Below, piece after piece: positions 60,601 through 64,000 of a stretch of 64,000 nt of DNA. Numbering within the stretch: the stretch's first letter is position 1; every line of letters begins with the position of its first letter. The translations under genes and the position numbers were made by a program. The notes beneath the pieces were generated by a model that was given only the letters and a program-made list of their open reading frames with translations, was not told the origin of the DNA and did not search any database. The stretch lies in NCBI GenBank assembly GCA_040830765.1, contig JBFOMH010000005.1, positions 288,001 through 352,000 of the forward strand. The letters are read 5' to 3'. This DNA is from Puniceicoccaceae bacterium. GTDB taxonomy: Bacteria > Verrucomicrobiota > Verrucomicrobiia > Opitutales > Oceanipulchritudinaceae.

Positions 60601-62950
60601 TCTTCCGGATGGACTCGGCTGGCTCAGTATTCCCGCCTTTGTCGATGTGCCCTTCTTCGAGGACCTGCAAATCCACCTCCACACCACAGCGGTCAAGGAT
60701 GATGACAACCCCATTATCTACATGATGGGCGGCTATCCGGACCTCGGGTTCTCAACCAACGGCAAGCACTTCTTCAACGAGGCCATCTATGATGTCTCCA
60801 ACCGCGGATTCCCCGGCGATGTCACCCTCGAGGAATACCGCAACGGCATATCCGATATGGATGAAAAATACCGCCCCCGCGCCCAGACACGATGGCTCGG
60901 TGTAGTGGATTTTGACTACCCACTTGAATGGCGCGCGGCCTCCAAGTCCTTTGTCTCCTTCACCGAGGCGGGGAACAACTTCGTCGTCCTTTACGCCCAG
61001 CACCAGGTCGACTACCTGTCCTCGGAAATTGTCGAGGTCTCCTTTGGAGCCGGGCTGTCCACCTTCCCGGTGACCAACTTGGCCAACCTCGTTTCCGACA
61101 AGGCAACCGACGCCACCGGTGTTCTCCAGCAGTACCTTGAGACGGAAATCGTCAACGCCGGGGTTGAGGGGCTCAACGAGGTCCTCGATGTCAAGCAGCG
61201 GGAATTCTTCGAGAAGGTCCTTGAACCAGCCGTCGACACGGCAGTCGACGAGATCATGGATGCGATCACGCCCAACTGGGACGAGGTGGACAAGAAATGG
61301 CTCAACAACGACCTCGCCTCCGTCATCGACACCGGCGCACTGGATCAGATCAACGGGGTCTTCGCCCAGATCGACAAGGCCCTGACCACGGCCAAGGAGG
61401 CCGCCGGGGTTATCCAGGAAGTTGACCTGCGACTCGGCCAGGCAGAGGACGCCCTGACCGCCATCGAGGAATTCATCGAAGAAAAGGAAGGTGCACCCCT
61501 TGGCAACATGGAGGAAGTTGTCCTTGGTTTGGCCAACATCGTCTCCGATGCCCTCGACAAGCCGGAGTTTGCCCAGAAGATTGATGAGATCCTCAGGAAG
61601 GCAGAGCCCCGTATCGTCGAGGTCCGGGAGGCAATCGTCGAAGTGCGCGACTTTATCTCCGGTGTCCGGGAGAAACTGGCCCAGGGAGGTGCCTTTACCA
61701 ACCAGGTCATTGATCTGGTGGCCGATAACACCCAGACCATTGAGGACAGCGTGACGGAGATCACTGCCGCGGTGGAGGACATTCTTGAGGATCTCCAGCC
61801 CGGCGTCGATTCCCTGGCCGCGTACGACGAAGCCCTGCGCGAGAAGATCAAGCAGCGCATCATGGACTATATCACCGAGCTGCCGATAATCGCCCAGTAC
61901 AACCGGCTCCTGAAACAGTACCTCTATGACGCCTCTTCCCTGCTCACCCAGGCCATCGATGAGGTCTTCGACCAGATTAACCTGACGCTTGAGGAGATCA
62001 TCAGCGATGTCGTCGGTGGACTGGAAGAGAAGTTTGAAGAAATGCTCGGCGATGTTGCGACCGTCATGGCCACCGCTGACATCAAGGGCTACGCCAAGGT
62101 CCGTAACGACTCGCTGACGGAACTGCGCCTCGATCTCAAGGCCTCCATTAACATTCCCGATGAGATGAAGGCCCATGTCTTCCTGCTCATCAAGGAACTG
62201 AATTCCGACAATACCCCGACCGAGTGTCTCCCCGATGCCGGCAAGGCCACGGAAGTGACCATGGGGGCCAAGGATGTCGCCGTTGAATGGCTCTTCCCGG
62301 GCGTATCCCTGAACATCGCGGCCAAGTTTGTCATGGCTGGTGGCGAAGGCTTCCCGCTCCTCGGCATGGGCGGCGGTATTGATCTCGTCGGGGAAATCTC
62401 CTTTGCCGACTCCATCGTCATCCATCAGCTCGGGGCCTCAGTCATGTTCGGCAAGTTCGAGAACTACATCAGTGCCGGCGTCCAACTGGAGGTACAAGGC
62501 TTCCAGGGCGGTGGAGGCATTTTCTTCGGCCGGGCCTGCTCCCTTGATCCATTCTTCTGGGATCCGATTGTCGGTGAAGTGATCGGCGAGCCACCATTTA
62601 CCGGATTTTATGGCTACGGCGAATTCTGGATACCGATCAACCAGTTGATTGGCATTCCCTCAACCTGCCTCTTCAATCTTTCCGCCGGAGTCGGGGCCGG
62701 GGCCGGCGTCTTTGCCGAGGGACCAACGGTCTTTGGCAAGATGTTCCTCGGGGTCAGTGGTGACCTGCTCTGTATCGTCAGCATCACCGGTGAGATTTCC
62801 CTTGTCGGGGTGGCCAAGCCGTCCGGACTTTCGCTTGCCGGCGAAGGCCGCTTCCAGGCGGAAATCGGTTTCTGCCCGATCTGCCTCAAGTTCGACAAGA
62901 CCGCCCGCCTCGTCAAGGAAGGCAAAAAGTGGAGCCGAAGCGTAGATTGA
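57656..62950 (+). CDS. Giant secreted hypothetical protein (1764 aa; beta-alpha-beta architecture)
   Basis: Uninterrupted ORF; signal peptide (PLEA|N); beta-rich N-terminal ~1140 aa, ~330-aa acidic amphipathic helical block, Gly/aromatic beta-rich Cys-containing C-terminus. Confidence 0.85.
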   Translation: MMPKGFRIPGIGLIRARIGALLLCAVALAGPLEANLTQSLQNFSISGPNGYLIDADGNNFLFYYNRDAIRAAVEMEYSRSGGSPYHYEYRFDFQLLNSDGVAQTLKSGGTTLSVWEDVDMTVGDTTIQRTTTGNLRPAAQLDPYDEYRVSVQVFRRVAPNGVITNTFISSETAPEQFIHFNQLTSPDAPYNVISEVESVFWNRTYRVQTEPARDHFRVTAFVRLHRYDDFTEAVSSDEITTRLSVTLRDDQGNSVPLEQSVFEFTNDLATYSQGNAQIFIPNAPATVLSQRVMEIVPSVQLESRARTYKIEVTVGHYESAGANLPLAGNNLDTANTRLLDFNGTIAFHGAEGTFTSTTTPGPSEDGLGADYIQTTLRINNNSGSFKGMIFGNGDPLPVELRDDGVATLSGGFIALNGTGIPEQPGKIAFTISTLVATPTDLTGTVNMQLPSGFGVGVDANTRIHEPNIFFFNVDLGPDLVPTSETLDDTQLRWAAEESKPLIFEIGSLSWDVQQDRIRLSPTGQIVYTRGKAYDTLLGDALVPAGKRFKLGNDAYYWKVAGIDSAEVLIEPHPQNCSAMLTMDLSLGGTLYRGHFPYNALISANKGSQRIIQDMVDPAYGGLEGVTSVDVNYARDCPEGDCGGEVGVETLTFLPDNDFLNFTRDGGLSATGVMNAPTTLNWGWVSAVGDYAQKASEFIDSGFLASGIFMSGSQYNSDSNNQPARMLLTGIDPNQTDVVERPATAAYTAGLGDYPGLNFRVVSNGAQDGEMVLAGQASDPFPLTDRAKYYVRYAGITGIHEAINGQFNPTAVIYGMDFTFTTLGWAYMDSEAVDSRTAGELSVPYPSDFDLAFDKLMISCQGALLGADIAASDANVLKKLAYWNADFLPLSLNFEGKDADFCDPSQRRLVLGVEAYAGGIPQPLSGRFGFQTNGNLITLASGDLDPPFDSRLALPNSFDIAGPENTDYRATPVGDAYLNDYDVLPDGLGWLSIPAFVDVPFFEDLQIHLHTTAVKDDDNPIIYMMGGYPDLGFSTNGKHFFNEAIYDVSNRGFPGDVTLEEYRNGISDMDEKYRPRAQTRWLGVVDFDYPLEWRAASKSFVSFTEAGNNFVVLYAQHQVDYLSSEIVEVSFGAGLSTFPVTNLANLVSDKATDATGVLQQYLETEIVNAGVEGLNEVLDVKQREFFEKVLEPAVDTAVDEIMDAITPNWDEVDKKWLNNDLASVIDTGALDQINGVFAQIDKALTTAKEAAGVIQEVDLRLGQAEDALTAIEEFIEEKEGAPLGNMEEVVLGLANIVSDALDKPEFAQKIDEILRKAEPRIVEVREAIVEVRDFISGVREKLAQGGAFTNQVIDLVADNTQTIEDSVTEITAAVEDILEDLQPGVDSLAAYDEALREKIKQRIMDYITELPIIAQYNRLLKQYLYDASSLLTQAIDEVFDQINLTLEEIISDVVGGLEEKFEEMLGDVATVMATADIKGYAKVRNDSLTELRLDLKASINIPDEMKAHVFLLIKELNSDNTPTECLPDAGKATEVTMGAKDVAVEWLFPGVSLNIAAKFVMAGGEGFPLLGMGGGIDLVGEISFADSIVIHQLGASVMFGKFENYISAGVQLEVQGFQGGGGIFFGRACSLDPFFWDPIVGEVIGEPPFTGFYGYGEFWIPINQLIGIPSTCLFNLSAGVGAGAGVFAEGPTVFGKMFLGVSGDLLCIVSITGEISLVGVAKPSGLSLAGEGRFQAEIGFCPICLKFDKTARLVKEGKKWSRSVD

Positions 62951-62965
62951 TGAGGACCTGCCAAA

Positions 62966-64000
62966 ATGAATTTTAAGATAGCAACCCAAATGACATTCCG
63001 TTCGAAGAAGACAGTTACAGCACTAGGCATCACCCGTTGGCGGGGGATGAGCCTAATCCTGTGCTGTATTCTTGGCTTCGCTACAGGAAGTATCAACGCC
63101 CAGCCGCTGGACAATGCCCTGTTCACCGTTGGGACCTCGGCTGTGGACGAACAAAACAACAACTGGGCCTATGTCCTGTTCCAGTTAACCGCGGACAGCG
63201 AGAATCTCCTCAACCGCCGCCTTGCCGTCTACACCAAGCCCGGCGATATCCAGGATCCAGGACAATTTACCAAGACCGGAATAGTCGCCCTGCAGGAAGA
63301 TCCGGCAGTCATCAAGGTCCTTCTGGCACGGGCCGAGGGAATCGGCCAGGCCCCGGGTGACCTAAACTTTGCCATTGATGAACTGTTTGGGGAGCTGATG
63401 CCAGCCGAGGAATTGACGGTCGAAGAAAAGCTTTCCGCGGTCATTCGCGGTTCGCTGTTCGACGAGCGTCACTTCGCCAACCTGATGCTGCTGGCGCGCA
63501 TGCATCCGGGTGTCTCCCTCTGCCTTGGACTTGCCCATGCGCAAAAGATTGGTGCCGGAAAGACAACTTTTGAAATTCGCGAGATGGGACCGGGGAACGT
63601 GGAGATGGGTGTTGTTGGTCGCGTGGCCGTCGAGGCGGGTCAACCGGTAGTCCTGCCCGCTCCGGGTGGACCGGTGGCGGTTCCTGACCTCTCCCCCAAG
63701 GGTCACCTCAATGCCCGCCTGCGCTGGGCTATTCCCAACACCCTCCGTCGTCTCGCCCTCCTGCAATACGGCTTCAATGTATACCGGGTGACTCTCAGCA
63801 TGGCCGAGGACCTTGGGTGGGACCTGCAACCGCCCGAGGGCGATCTGCTGGCCCAGATGTCCCTCGATGTTCCGGAAATCAAGCTGGTCAACCGAAGCCC
63901 GGTTCTCCCGACAGCCATTTTCGACGAAGTCGATGTCCTCGACCTCAACACCTATCCGGATACGGCATTTGTCGCCGACGATAACGACATGTTCGATGAG
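62966..64000 (+). CDS. Large secreted protein with Fn3-like segment (truncated by window end)
   Basis: Hand-translated 345 open codons from ATG 62966 (GAGGA upstream): ...SLILCCILGFATGSINA|QPLDNALF...VLPAPGGPVAVP...HLNARLRW...YGFNVYR...LVNRSPV...FVADDNDMFDE; start uncertain. Confidence 0.8.
   Translation, partial: MNFKIATQMTFRSKKTVTALGITRWRGMSLILCCILGFATGSINAQPLDNALFTVGTSAVDEQNNNWAYVLFQLTADSENLLNRRLAVYTKPGDIQDPGQFTKTGIVALQEDPAVIKVLLARAEGIGQAPGDLNFAIDELFGELMPAEELTVEEKLSAVIRGSLFDERHFANLMLLARMHPGVSLCLGLAHAQKIGAGKTTFEIREMGPGNVEMGVVGRVAVEAGQPVVLPAPGGPVAVPDLSPKGHLNARLRWAIPNTLRRLALLQYGFNVYRVTLSMAEDLGWDLQPPEGDLLAQMSLDVPEIKLVNRSPVLPTAIFDEVDVLDLNTYPDTAFVADDNDMFDE

Noticed and set aside
57656..62950. 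Giant protein as autotransporter, RHS/CDI toxin or phage tape measure
   Set aside because: No terminal barrel signature, no YD/RHS or haemagglutinin repeats, has a Sec-type signal peptide and no phage neighbours.

Overview
Gene-dense bacterial chromosomal window, moderately high GC by eye. Gene content (PEP-CTERM protein, TIGR02597-like protein, CotH/lamin-tail protein, GCGTCCCGC-core palindromic repeats) suggests Verrucomicrobiota, probably Opitutae/Puniceicoccales; this is an inference. About 1-44 kb is mostly housekeeping: hisA, tig-clpP-clpX, ggt, pfp, gpmI, lexA, trpF, hemC/D/E/F, ilvN-ilvC, rph, sucCD, fbaA. Interspersed are a two-Cys ArsR (BigR/SqrR-like) + DUF2892 + RND efflux module, two ABC-2 exporters and a lower-GC PEP-CTERM/TIGR02597-like pair. 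About 44.4-64 kb is accessory: an iodotyrosine-deiodinase-like nitroreductase, a secreted beta-helix/CBM enzyme, a FitA/VapC-type toxin-antitoxin pair, a CotH kinase-like protein, tRNA-Asp, a vWA + papain-like protease pair, a beta-propeller, a PhyH dioxygenase, and the start of an operon of very large uncharacterised secreted proteins (1764 aa, then an Fn3-like protein cut by the window edge). That operon is the best candidate for an undescribed system. Non-coding highlights: two families of REP-like palindromes (one copy inside a small membrane-protein gene), inverted 6-/7-mer tandem arrays, an ECF-promoter-to-terminator sRNA candidate, and a palindrome upstream of lexA. No CRISPR array, rRNA, integrase or transposase was seen. 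All family calls come from motif recognition by eye; no searches were run.
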